Below, in pieces: positions 9,623 through 18,553 of a stretch of DNA of 58,144 nucleotides. This DNA is from Phycisphaerae bacterium (lineage in GTDB: Bacteria; Planctomycetota; Phycisphaerae; UBA1845), in NCBI GenBank assembly GCA_028282665.1, contig JANQHN010000321.1, forward strand, positions 1 to 58,144, read 5' to 3'. Position numbers and translations under genes: made by a program. Numbering within the stretch: position 1 is the stretch's first letter; each line of letters starts with the position of its first letter. The notes beneath the pieces were generated by a model, which ran no database searches, was not told where the DNA came from, and was given only the letters and a program-made list of their open reading frames with translations.

Positions 9623-11344
9623 TTACTCTTCCAACGGCAGACCGCCGCCCGGCGAGAGAGCCTTAGCCGTCATCGACATGATGACCGCCTTGATCGGTTC
9701 GAAGTTCTCTTTGGGCAGGAATACAATGTGCTCGTTCACGCCGGGTTTGATTTGTCGTCCACTGATGAGCATCGGAACCTTGGCGAGTGGAAATTCCGGC
9801 AGTGGCCTTTGGTTCATGGCAATCTGAATACGACGTATCATGCCGAACAACTGATCGATATCGAGGTACATCTCCATCGCGCGGGAACTTGAAAGGCGAG
9901 GTTGTAATTGGCTATATCCCGGCTGGGCAACAATCGCCGCATTGCCGGACCTCACGGCACCCATGCACCGGTCGAAAAACTCTCTGCCTCCGCCCAGCGT
10001 AATTAACACATTGCGTTGATCCACTGCTGCCATCCTGAAGAGAATACCTTCAGAACCTAACAACTGTTTCAACGAGGCCATCCACTCAATCTGCTGTTTC
10101 TTAGTCGGCGAGCCACCTTCCCCGTCCTCCAATTCCGCTTTTAGATCCAAACGCATGTGATGAATCGAAACCTGCTCCGCATTCTCCGCATTTTCCTCAT
10201 ACACCAGCATTTTCACCATCTGCTTTATCTGCGGATCCATGAAGAAGTCATCCTTGATCAACTCCATCACAGCGCGGTGCGCCTGGACCATTTCCCGCGC
10301 ATCTTCTTTAGCTTCAATGACCTTCACAAGACCGATAAAGCCATCCGCCGATTCAGGCAGATTGCACAGACCAAACGATCCACGTACCACACCTCCGAGT
10401 ACGGGCTCAAGCTTCTGCATCAGCACGCCGCGTTTGTCGATCGCGTACATGGTGCTTAGTTGCGGATTCGAAATGAGCGTTTCTACCGAACGCCGCACGC
10501 TGAAATCGCCGGGGCCGTTCGCGGCTCCACCAACCAACACGTAATCACCTTCGGCCAAACCACACAGAAGTGACTTTGATGTTTTCAATGTTTCGGCTGC
10601 ATCAGTGTCCCCGGCACGCGCGTACACGGTTTCCAAAGTAAATCCCTGAACATCGAGCTTCGCGCCGATTTGGAGATACTTGTAGGTAGCAAGATTGTTG
10701 GGACCTACGAGGCCAGCCAAACCCATGCTGATCATCGGAAACATTGGGCTCTTCCTGAGCGCCTCAATGTCTGCATAAATCGTGATGTCATTTGCCTTGA
10801 ACCGGTCGATCTGCATGCTGGACACGCGTCCACCAATGCCTTTGGTCGCACCCACTACCGCTTTCACCGTTTCCAGATCCTTGCCGATAATCGAGAAACC
10901 GTTTTTCGAACCAACAAAAGCCTCCTCATTTTTTATGGTCACCCTTGTGTAGCCGGGCTCTTTTTCAAGGGGGCGAGGGTTGATGTAGGCAAGAAGCTTC
11001 ATTTCTTCCGTCGTAGGAATAATCAGAAGCAGATTGATCGCCATGCCGGATTGGGGGTTAGGCGGCATAACCACGAGGGCTGTGGTGCCGGATTCATCCA
11101 GGCCTTCAACAATCTCAACCTCAGCCTTGGCCAGCAATAATGGGCTTACCGCCTTGAAACCCAGTTCCTTTTGCAGGCTCACGATTTTCCCGTCGATACC
11201 GGCTAAATCATTGAGCGTAATCACCGCCCACGCATTTTCAGGAATCACAGCCAGCGTATCAACGGGTCCAACAGCCCCAAGAGGCGTTGTATATGCGAAC
11301 AAAGTAAGCGCGATGATAAACAATCGACGATAAGCGTTCATCAT
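9623..11344 (-). CDS. hypothetical secreted protein
   Basis: 573-aa ORF with the signal-like N-terminus MMNAYRRLFIIALTLFAYTTPLGA. No family recognised. Confidence 0.65.
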   Translation of the reverse strand: MMNAYRRLFIIALTLFAYTTPLGAVGPVDTLAVIPENAWAVITLNDLAGIDGKIVSLQKELGFKAVSPLLLAKAEVEIVEGLDESGTTALVVMPPNPQSGMAINLLLIIPTTEEMKLLAYINPRPLEKEPGYTRVTIKNEEAFVGSKNGFSIIGKDLETVKAVVGATKGIGGRVSSMQIDRFKANDITIYADIEALRKSPMFPMISMGLAGLVGPNNLATYKYLQIGAKLDVQGFTLETVYARAGDTDAAETLKTSKSLLCGLAEGDYVLVGGAANGPGDFSVRRSVETLISNPQLSTMYAIDKRGVLMQKLEPVLGGVVRGSFGLCNLPESADGFIGLVKVIEAKEDAREMVQAHRAVMELIKDDFFMDPQIKQMVKMLVYEENAENAEQVSIHHMRLDLKAELEDGEGGSPTKKQQIEWMASLKQLLGSEGILFRMAAVDQRNVLITLGGGREFFDRCMGAVRSGNAAIVAQPGYSQLQPRLSSSRAMEMYLDIDQLFGMIRRIQIAMNQRPLPEFPLAKVPMLISGRQIKPGVNEHIVFLPKENFEPIKAVIMSMTAKALSPGGGLPLEE

Positions 11345-11549
11345 TCTTCTCCAATGGACGGGTCACGATGGCGACCGAGGTGTTGTTTCAAATCAACGGT
11401 GGATGGAGCTATTCCCCGCGCACTCCACCCGGACAGGGCGCAAACTACCGCGCGGGCGCCGCAGGTCAACGCCCAATACCTATTGCCGTGTTTGAACTTG
11501 CAAAACCCCATGCGGCGGGCCATAACACATTCCGCTGTACGCAGAACCG

Positions 11550-14078
11550 ATGCCACATTACCTAAGTAATTCGAGCGAACAAGTGGCGAACAAACACCAA
11601 AAGAAATCAAGCGCCCACAAGGTGGACAAACATCAAAATGCTCAAAAACACGAACCACATGAGGCGCTTCCCTCGAATGAGAAAGTAGTGCAAAGTCCAT
11701 TGGCGGTATGGCTTGTGCTGGCTGCGATTGTTCTGTTTGGGCTGGTCCTCCGGCTTGTTTATCTCAGTCAAATACGGCCAATGGGCTTCTGGAATGTCAC
11801 CCTTTCAGATGCGCAAATATACGAAGATCGGGCGGCGGGTATCGTAGCGGGCGATTGGCTCGGTCCGGAGGACTTCGTACATGCTCCGCTTTATGCTTAT
11901 TTCATGGGCGCGATCCGTACCGTCGTAGGCGAGAGCCTGGCAAATGTGCGCATAGCGCAAGTGCTGCTCAGCGGCGCATCGCTCATTATTCTTTTTCTCA
12001 CAGGAAGACGCTTTTTCAACGAGCGTGTCGGGTTACTCGCCGCCCTGTTTCTCGCTATCTTCGCACCGGCTATCTTCTTTGACGGCATTATCCAAAAAAC
12101 TTCACTATCGCTATTCCTATCATGCCTTTTTCTTTGGCAACTCGCGCGATGTATGAACAATCCGGGGTACGTGGACTGGATCTTCGCAGGCGTCATCCTG
12201 GGCCTGCTCGGGTTAACTCGGCAAAACGCGCTGAGTTTGGGACTCATTCTCTTGGCATGCACGTTCTGGTATGGCAAGGACAAAACGCTGAAACTCAAGC
12301 TCGCGTGGTGCGGAGCGTGGTTACTCGCTTTGGTGTTGACACTTTCCCCTTGGGTTATCCGCAACAAAATGGTCACAGGTGAATTCGTCCTCACCACGCC
12401 CAACCTCGGACAAAACTTCGCGATGGGCAATCACCCCGACGCGACGGGCACCTACCTCCCCGCCAAGCGCGGCCGCGCATCCGCGGAGTTCGAACAAGAA
12501 GAATGGGTGCGCGAAGCCGAGCGCCAACAGGGAGCCCCTCCCGGATCACTCAGCGCAAACGAGGTATCTTCTTTCTACCTTTCGAGCGCCTTGGATTACA
12601 TTAAAGGAAACCCCGGTCATTTTCTAAAACTCACTGGTAAGAAAATCGCTTTATGCTGGAACATCTACGAAACACCGGACACTGAAGATTACTATGTCTA
12701 CGCGGAACACGCCCCACTGCTAAGTACGCTTGATCAAGTGCTGCATTTTGGCGGCCTGGCTTCGTTCGCGCTGCTTGGGATATTTCTCACGCGATCCAAT
12801 CACCGACGATACCGGCCTTTGTACCTCTGGCTTATCGTAACAACCCTGTCGGTAGCAGTCTTCGTGGTGTTCGCGAGGTATCGATTCCCGATGGTGCCGG
12901 TGCTCGCGCTCTTCGCAGCGGCGGGATTGATCGAGCTTGTAAAATTGTCATGCCGCAAAGATACTGGCAAGCTGATCACCGCAGCGATCATACTGGTGGT
13001 CACGTATGTCCTCACTAGTATCCCTATCCTCCACCCACCGGCACCATCCGTGCGTGGCTACCTCAATCACGGAGTTGCGCTGGCTCGTCAGCATCGCTAC
13101 GAGGAAGACTTTGAGCAAACCCACAAAGCACTGTCCCTCGACCCCGACAACGTCGATGCTCATCTTGCGATCGGTAACACGCTGCTCCAGTTGGAGCAAA
13201 ATGACGAAGCGCTAACTCACTACAGACAAGCCCTTAAAGGCGCGCCCAACGACCCCGTCGCGCTGCGAGGTGTGGCGAACGGCCTCCTGAAAAAGGGCGA
13301 AATCGAGAACGCGCGACTTTACTTCGAGCGAGCCTACCAATACGAATCGGACAACCCTCGAACCCTCAGCGGGCTGGCCACCTGCCTTGCGCAATCTGAT
13401 GAAATCGAAAAAGCTATCGAACTATTCCAACAAGCGATCGCATTGAATCCGAAGCTTGCCGATGCCCACGTGAATCTCGCCAATTGCTACCAACTTACTG
13501 ATCGAGCTGACGAGGCGTTGTTACATTACAAGAAAGCCGTTCGTTTGGATCCTAGAAGCCTCCCTGGCTGGCATGGTATGGTTGGCATCTACATGCAGTG
13601 CGAAGACTTCAACCGCGCAATCGAAGCGGGTCAGCGCGTGCGTGAACTCGACCCACAAAACGTTCAGATGCAGCAGTTCCTTTTAGGCCTGTGCCTAAAA
13701 CACGAAGATTTCAAGTGTCTCCTCGACCAGGTCGAATCGATGCTGGATGGCCCCAGTTTCGTCGCCGATCACACGGTACCCGGCATTGTGTCCGCACTAC
13801 TCAAAAAGATTGCGCACCGTGAGAATGTCGCAACTCTGTTGCGCGAACGGGCGTTGGCTGTAGCCGAACGATTATACAAATCGCACGACGAACCTTTGCC
13901 TGATGTTGTTCATGCTTATGTGCTGAGCTTGGCGGCGCTGGGAAATACCGAACTCGCAATAAAGGTCGCCCAACAAGCCGCGTCCACCACATCTGCCGAT
14001 TCCTCTGCATTTAAGCAGCTGATGCAGAAACTCGTAGAGCAATGCCGTCAAGGTCACAGACCTTGGGAGTTTGATTGA
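11550..14078 (+). CDS. GT-C type (ArnT/PMT-like) membrane glycosyltransferase fused to TPR repeats
   Basis: 842 aa. The N-terminal ~480 aa are polytopic and hydrophobic, with a first-loop acidic/aromatic motif (DAQIYEDRA..GDWLGPEDFVHAPLYAY). The C-terminal ~330 aa are TPR units (ALSLDPDNVDAHLAIGNTLLQLEQNDEALTHYRQALKGAPND...). Confidence 0.75.
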   Translation: MPHYLSNSSEQVANKHQKKSSAHKVDKHQNAQKHEPHEALPSNEKVVQSPLAVWLVLAAIVLFGLVLRLVYLSQIRPMGFWNVTLSDAQIYEDRAAGIVAGDWLGPEDFVHAPLYAYFMGAIRTVVGESLANVRIAQVLLSGASLIILFLTGRRFFNERVGLLAALFLAIFAPAIFFDGIIQKTSLSLFLSCLFLWQLARCMNNPGYVDWIFAGVILGLLGLTRQNALSLGLILLACTFWYGKDKTLKLKLAWCGAWLLALVLTLSPWVIRNKMVTGEFVLTTPNLGQNFAMGNHPDATGTYLPAKRGRASAEFEQEEWVREAERQQGAPPGSLSANEVSSFYLSSALDYIKGNPGHFLKLTGKKIALCWNIYETPDTEDYYVYAEHAPLLSTLDQVLHFGGLASFALLGIFLTRSNHRRYRPLYLWLIVTTLSVAVFVVFARYRFPMVPVLALFAAAGLIELVKLSCRKDTGKLITAAIILVVTYVLTSIPILHPPAPSVRGYLNHGVALARQHRYEEDFEQTHKALSLDPDNVDAHLAIGNTLLQLEQNDEALTHYRQALKGAPNDPVALRGVANGLLKKGEIENARLYFERAYQYESDNPRTLSGLATCLAQSDEIEKAIELFQQAIALNPKLADAHVNLANCYQLTDRADEALLHYKKAVRLDPRSLPGWHGMVGIYMQCEDFNRAIEAGQRVRELDPQNVQMQQFLLGLCLKHEDFKCLLDQVESMLDGPSFVADHTVPGIVSALLKKIAHRENVATLLRERALAVAERLYKSHDEPLPDVVHAYVLSLAALGNTELAIKVAQQAASTTSADSSAFKQLMQKLVEQCRQGHRPWEFD

Positions 14079-14156
14079 TCCTCAAGGATCAATCGGATAA
14101 CGTGAAAACAGCCGGATCATGAACCCATCGAGTCGCCGACGAACCAAGGAGCAAAC

Positions 14157-14930
14157 ATGCGAGCCACAAGCATGAGTTGGGTAAATCTGACGCTCGCCAT
14201 CATCACGATGGCGTGGCTGACCGCTTGCAACCCCGTCGTAGATGCCCCAGTCAACGATAACACGCCAGACGTGAATCCGAACAACAACACCAACGATAAC
14301 TTGTCCCCCGATGATGAGCTTGACGACAATGCCAACGACAATGACGCTGACGACGAGCCAAACGATGGCGGAATGCCCGACGACAATCCCGATGACGGCA
14401 GTGATCAGCCGGATGACGGCGTCGATGAGGACCCGGACAGCGGAGGCGATAACGATACCTCGGGCGACGAGGCGATGCCAGATTTTGCCGTGTTGGACGT
14501 AAACCCCACATCACCACGATACAACGAGGAAGTGTCGCCCCGCGACTACATAGGGCAGATTTCCGCGTGGTATTTCGGGCACTCGACGTGAGGTTACTGC
14601 CGAAGCCAGTTTGGCTTCCTCAACACCTTACAGGCTGAGTTCGACACAATTGAAACCGACCTGGACATTCAAATCCTTGGCGTCAACGACGTCTCCTACG
14701 AAAATGGCAATGTGACGATCGTGGCCGATAATGACATCCCCTGGCTTCAGCCCGTCGGTCGCGATGCGATATGGACCGACTGGCAGGTCATTTATCGCGA
14801 TGTCATCATCATAGGTCCAGGCAATGAGTACTTGGCTACATTCAATCTGTCGGAATTCGATCTTTCCAACACCGAAAGCTACGAGGCATTGAAGCAACTG
14901 CTGATTGAGGCCGCGACACAGTTTGATTGA
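14157..14930 (+). CDS. thioredoxin-fold (redoxin/TlpA-like) lipoprotein, candidate selenoprotein (Sec at codon 145, TGA 14589-14591)
   Basis: ORFs 14157-14591 and 14712-14930 share a frame. The 120 nt between them has no other stop. The joined product reads ...FAVLDVNPTSPRYNEEVSPRDYIGQISAWYFGHST-U-GYCRSQFGFLNTLQAEF..DIQILGVND...VIIIGPGNEY, which is a redoxin fold with UxxC in place of CxxC. AAGGAG lies before ATG 14157, and the lipobox is WLTAC. The downstream half has no SD or ATG of its own. Confidence 0.7.
14589..14618 (+). promoter_or_regulatory. candidate bacterial SECIS element (UGA plus downstream hairpin)
   Basis: GAAGCCA (14602-14608) pairs with TGGCTTC (14612-14618). The stem starts 11 nt after the UGA. 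The apical loop GUU (or AGUUU with a 6-bp stem) starts with G, about 18 nt after the UGA. Confidence 0.55.
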
Positions 14931-15211
14931 TATTTACCACTGGCACGGCAAAACCATATCGAAGAACGTCCGATCCGGCGATAATACGACGTACGAACCG
15001 TCAAAACTTGTCGCCCATCGGCGTATTCGGATGGCATAAAGGTCTGCGTATACATTCGCAAAATCGCGCATAAATCCCCTCAAGTCGCGAATTATAGGTT
15101 CAGGTGGGCATTGTAATCGCCCAAGTAGGCAGGGGCCGGTAGACTATTATGCAGGTTCATGCTTCCCCTTGGCCTGGGGGTGGGTGCGCCCGCAGCCCGG
15201 AGAATGTCGTC

Positions 15212-15613
15212 ATGTTACAAACCGTCGCAGCCCATATCGGATCGAAAGTGTTGACCGCGTTGCTCGTGCTCGGGTGCTTGGGTGCGGGAATCTACTTTTG
15301 GCGCAACCCGGACGATCTAAGAGCGATCTGGCAGGTCATTAAATACGTACTGAGTTGGTTGGCTTTTGTGGCGGTCCTGCCTTGGGCGACCTTCTTCGTC
15401 ACCCGTTGGGTGATGAACATGGACTCGAACTGGGCGGAGGCACTCATGCTCATAGGCTACCTTGCGCTCGACATCGCGATGGCGATGTTTCTTGCGGGTT
15501 TCAGCGGACACGGATTCCTGGCCTGGAGCATCATGATCGTTGGATTTCTGACTGCCGCCGTTTATAATTTCCTTGTTTGCAATTACTTATCTGACCGATT
15601 CGAGGAAGCTTGA
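15212..15613 (+). CDS. small polytopic membrane protein
   Basis: 133 aa from ATG 15212, with four hydrophobic helices (VLTALLVLGCLGAGIYF, LSWLAFVAVLPWATFFV, LMLIGYLALDIAMAMFLAGF, SIMIVGFLTAAVYNFLV). It ends 30 nt before the kinase gene. Confidence 0.6.
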   Translation: MLQTVAAHIGSKVLTALLVLGCLGAGIYFWRNPDDLRAIWQVIKYVLSWLAFVAVLPWATFFVTRWVMNMDSNWAEALMLIGYLALDIAMAMFLAGFSGHGFLAWSIMIVGFLTAAVYNFLVCNYLSDRFEEA

Positions 15614-15643
15614 TCGGGTGCGGTCGCGGAAAGAACACAAGCC

Positions 15644-16723
15644 ATGTACACGCTGAGCAAAGGAGAACGAATTAGCAACTACTTGCTCGAAGCGCCCCTT
15701 GGACAGGGCAGCTTCGGCGAGGTGTGGCGGGCGCGGCATCACGTCTTTGACGATGTCGTGGCAATCAAAATTCCGACCGATCCGCAGTACGTACGTAACT
15801 TGCAGCGGGAAGGTCTTGTCGTACATGGCCTAAAACACCCCAACGTGGTTCGCGCGATCGATCTCGATCCGTACGCCACGCCGCCCTACCTGGTGATGGA
15901 ATTCATTGACGGGCCGACGTTGCGAGAGGCGATTGACAAGCTCAAAGACCGTTTCCCTCTGAAATCAGCCATCGCAATCGAGGAAGGCATCCTGCGCGCA
16001 CTCGATGCGGCGCACAAGACCGGACTTTTGCATCGCGACATCAAGCCGGCCAACATCATGCTGGCTCATCCATTGGATCAGATCGAAACGATTACGCCGG
16101 GCGGCGTAAAAGTCACTGACTTCGGTCTGGGGCGTGTCGGCGGCGATGTAGCGCAGTCCATCCTCATTAGCGGCCAATCTGAAACTGAGGGCGGTCGAAA
16201 CATCTCGGGAACGTTGGCATACATGTCCCCCGAGCAGCGTGAAGGTCGCGACCTCGACGGACGGTCTGATCTCTACGCTTGCGGTGTAGTGCTCTTCGAA
16301 ATGCTGACAGGCGAAAGACCTCAAGGACACGACCTGCCGACCATGTTACGGCGCCAGCTTCCCAAGCAGGTCGATGAATTCTTCAAAAAAGCGTACGCGA
16401 GGCAGGAAAAGCGGTACAAAGATGCCCAGGAAATGATCGACGACCTACTTCGCATCCCCACGGAATTGGTTGTTGCGGATCAGGGAAGCGTTAAATCGCC
16501 TCCTCCCCCGCCACAGACTTGGCCTCCCGGTCATGCTCATAAAAAAGAGGGCATTTGCTCATCTTGCAACACGCCGGTTCTACCTGAGGATCAATTCTGC
16601 ATCGCCTGTGGGCGATGTTTGGTCGAGGTCGTTCCTCGCTGTCCTCAGTGTAATGGATTCGTGGGGCGAAATGATTTGTTCTGCATCTTTTGCGGGCAGG
16701 ACCTGCGCAGGGAAACCGCGTAA
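15644..16723 (+). CDS. Ser/Thr protein kinase with C-terminal double zinc ribbon
   Basis: Kinase motifs GQGSFGEVW, VAIK, HRDIKPANIM, DFGL and GTLAYMSPEQ. The C-terminal CSSCNTPVLPEDQFCIACG...CPQCNGFVGRNDLFCIFCG gives two CxxC-N-CxxC ribbons. Confidence 0.9.
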   Translation: MYTLSKGERISNYLLEAPLGQGSFGEVWRARHHVFDDVVAIKIPTDPQYVRNLQREGLVVHGLKHPNVVRAIDLDPYATPPYLVMEFIDGPTLREAIDKLKDRFPLKSAIAIEEGILRALDAAHKTGLLHRDIKPANIMLAHPLDQIETITPGGVKVTDFGLGRVGGDVAQSILISGQSETEGGRNISGTLAYMSPEQREGRDLDGRSDLYACGVVLFEMLTGERPQGHDLPTMLRRQLPKQVDEFFKKAYARQEKRYKDAQEMIDDLLRIPTELVVADQGSVKSPPPPPQTWPPGHAHKKEGICSSCNTPVLPEDQFCIACGRCLVEVVPRCPQCNGFVGRNDLFCIFCGQDLRRETA

Positions 16724-16729
16724 GGGAGC

Positions 16730-17029
16730 ATGCCGATGAATACTTTAGGTCCAGTACTGCTGATCGCACTGCTGCTTCTTTGTGGAACTGTTATCTTCGG
16801 TGGGATCGCAGTCATTTGGAAACTGTCATCCTGGGTGGGCAGTGGATTTCAGCGAATGTTCGGTGATGACCCCACGCCCCCCATCGGCCATCCGCGTCGC
16901 GGCGGGCCGGTAATGTGCGGCAACCCGCGCTGCGGCAAAGTGGAATACAGACAGGCGAATTATTGCAGCCAGTGCGGGCAAAAACTCCTGCGCGGCTCGA
17001 GACGACACCTGGAGCACGAATACGCATGA
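16730..17029 (+). CDS. single-pass membrane protein with zinc ribbon
   Basis: 99 aa with a TM helix (VLLIALLLLCGTVIFGGIAVIW) followed by CGNPRCGKVEYRQANYCSQCG. The stop overlaps the next start (ATGA at 17026-17029). Confidence 0.65.
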   Translation: MPMNTLGPVLLIALLLLCGTVIFGGIAVIWKLSSWVGSGFQRMFGDDPTPPIGHPRRGGPVMCGNPRCGKVEYRQANYCSQCGQKLLRGSRRHLEHEYA

Positions 17030-18492
17030 CCCTATCCGCCTCCAAAGCCCTTCAACTCGAGACGGAGTTTCTATCCGGCGTCGACAACAAGCTCGAAGGC
17101 GCCAAAGGCAAGCTGCTACGCGGCTCGGTCTGGCAACGCGCCCGCACGGATGAAACTGACCACTTACGCGCTTTGATGGCGAAAAGCCAACTCTTCGACC
17201 GCAATCTGCTCAAGAATCTACCCGCCAACCGCCGTGTCGCCGTCCATGGTTTCGATCGCGTGTTGTTCTTTTGGAAACGGCGCACAGGTATCGCTATTGC
17301 GTCCACGCTTTCACCTCTTTCCCATTACGTCGAGAATCCGGACGAAACGCCGCCTCCAATTGGCTTAGGAGACCTCGCGGACCATGTCCGTAAGCTTGTG
17401 GGCGACCAAAATACACCACACATCATCGGCGTGTGCAGTCCCAGCGGTTTTACGGAGGAAGCTCGTGAAGCAGGCCTAGACTACACAAACGTCCAGCTCG
17501 TGCTAATCGAGCCGGATGGCGCAGGCGGATGGAAAATCACTCCCACAGCGGAGGATGTCGATCCAAGAATTGCCCAGATGTTCGATCCGGAGGGCAGTTC
17601 CGACAAGACGGAACGGATCAAAGCAGCGATTGATGCGAGCAGTTCCGACCTGCTGACAAGCGCAATCGACACGGAGTCGATTGCGAAAATGGTAAAATTG
17701 CCCGAACATCTGGTGGAGCAGGTGTTCGAACAAGTCGCGCAAGCTGATCCGGAACTTCGATTGAGCAAGAAAGATGGCGAGTGTTTGCTATATCGCGGGG
17801 CCCCGGTCGAAACGGTGGAGAAGAAATCGATGAGTATGATCGACCGCATCAAACAACTGTTTTCCCGCGAGGGCGACGAAAACGAGAAGATCAACGTCCT
17901 CTCGGAGCGTCGGGCGGCACTGGCGAAACGTCGGGATCGAATTTACGAGGACATCGGACAACTCGAGAGCAAAGAAGCCTCGTTGCTCGAAGAAGGCAAG
18001 GCCGCGAAGTCGCAGGTACCCAGGCGTCGGATTGCGGCACAGCTCGCACAGGTCCGTAAGGATATCGGTCGGCAGAATACCGTCGCTGCGATGTTGAACC
18101 AGCAGATCAACATCATCAGCACCGACATCCACAACCTCACGCTCATCAAACAGGGTGAGGCCGCCAGCTTGCCCGATACGCAGGAATTGACTGAGAACGC
18201 AGTGAAGGCGGAGGAGATGCTCGAGACGCTGCAGACGGACGCCGAGTTGGTTTCATCACTGGAAACGGGCATGGCAGAGATGAGCACGAGCGAAGAAGAA
18301 CTGGCGATTCTGCGTGAATTCGAGGAGGCGGATAAACCGGATCAAGCGCAGACCACTTCTGCTGCCACCCAATCGATTGCCCCTTCCGCCGCAGCGATCG
18401 ACGACGAATTTGCCGAGTTCGAGCCACCCGCAGACCCCACGCCGCCCTCCTCGGCTCGCAAGGAAAAAACGGGAGATGCGGAGGCGAGTTGA
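17026..18492 (+). CDS. Snf7/ESCRT-III-like protein with large N-terminal extension (Mrr-like region plus winged-helix-like segment)
   Basis: 488 aa from the ATG translationally coupled to the upstream gene. The C-terminal ~170 aa (INVLSERRAALAKRRDRIYEDIGQLESKEASLLEEGK...AAQLAQVRKDIGRQNTVAAMLNQQINIISTDIHNLTLIKQGEAA...EEMLETLQTDAELVSSLE...SEEELAILREFEE) follow the Snf7/CHMP4 helical hairpin and acidic tail pattern. Confidence 0.65.
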   Translation: MTLSASKALQLETEFLSGVDNKLEGAKGKLLRGSVWQRARTDETDHLRALMAKSQLFDRNLLKNLPANRRVAVHGFDRVLFFWKRRTGIAIASTLSPLSHYVENPDETPPPIGLGDLADHVRKLVGDQNTPHIIGVCSPSGFTEEAREAGLDYTNVQLVLIEPDGAGGWKITPTAEDVDPRIAQMFDPEGSSDKTERIKAAIDASSSDLLTSAIDTESIAKMVKLPEHLVEQVFEQVAQADPELRLSKKDGECLLYRGAPVETVEKKSMSMIDRIKQLFSREGDENEKINVLSERRAALAKRRDRIYEDIGQLESKEASLLEEGKAAKSQVPRRRIAAQLAQVRKDIGRQNTVAAMLNQQINIISTDIHNLTLIKQGEAASLPDTQELTENAVKAEEMLETLQTDAELVSSLETGMAEMSTSEEELAILREFEEADKPDQAQTTSAATQSIAPSAAAIDDEFAEFEPPADPTPPSSARKEKTGDAEAS

Positions 18493-18553
18493 AATCGACC
18501 ACATAGGGTAATCACTGCTAGTAGCAGTAACACAGGGAAGGATTGAATCGCCA

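Noticed and set aside
11341-11700. A 119-aa minus-strand ORF, plus small plus-strand ORFs, in the divergent region between 9623-11344 and 11550-14078.
   Set aside because: It overlaps the start of the GT-C/TPR gene, is Cys/Arg-rich and lacks an SD. The region is better explained as a divergent promoter.
14628-14897. An 89-aa minus-strand ORF opposite the 3' half of the candidate selenoprotein.
   Set aside because: The plus-strand frame continues the thioredoxin fold seamlessly across the TGA. The antisense product has no recognisable features.
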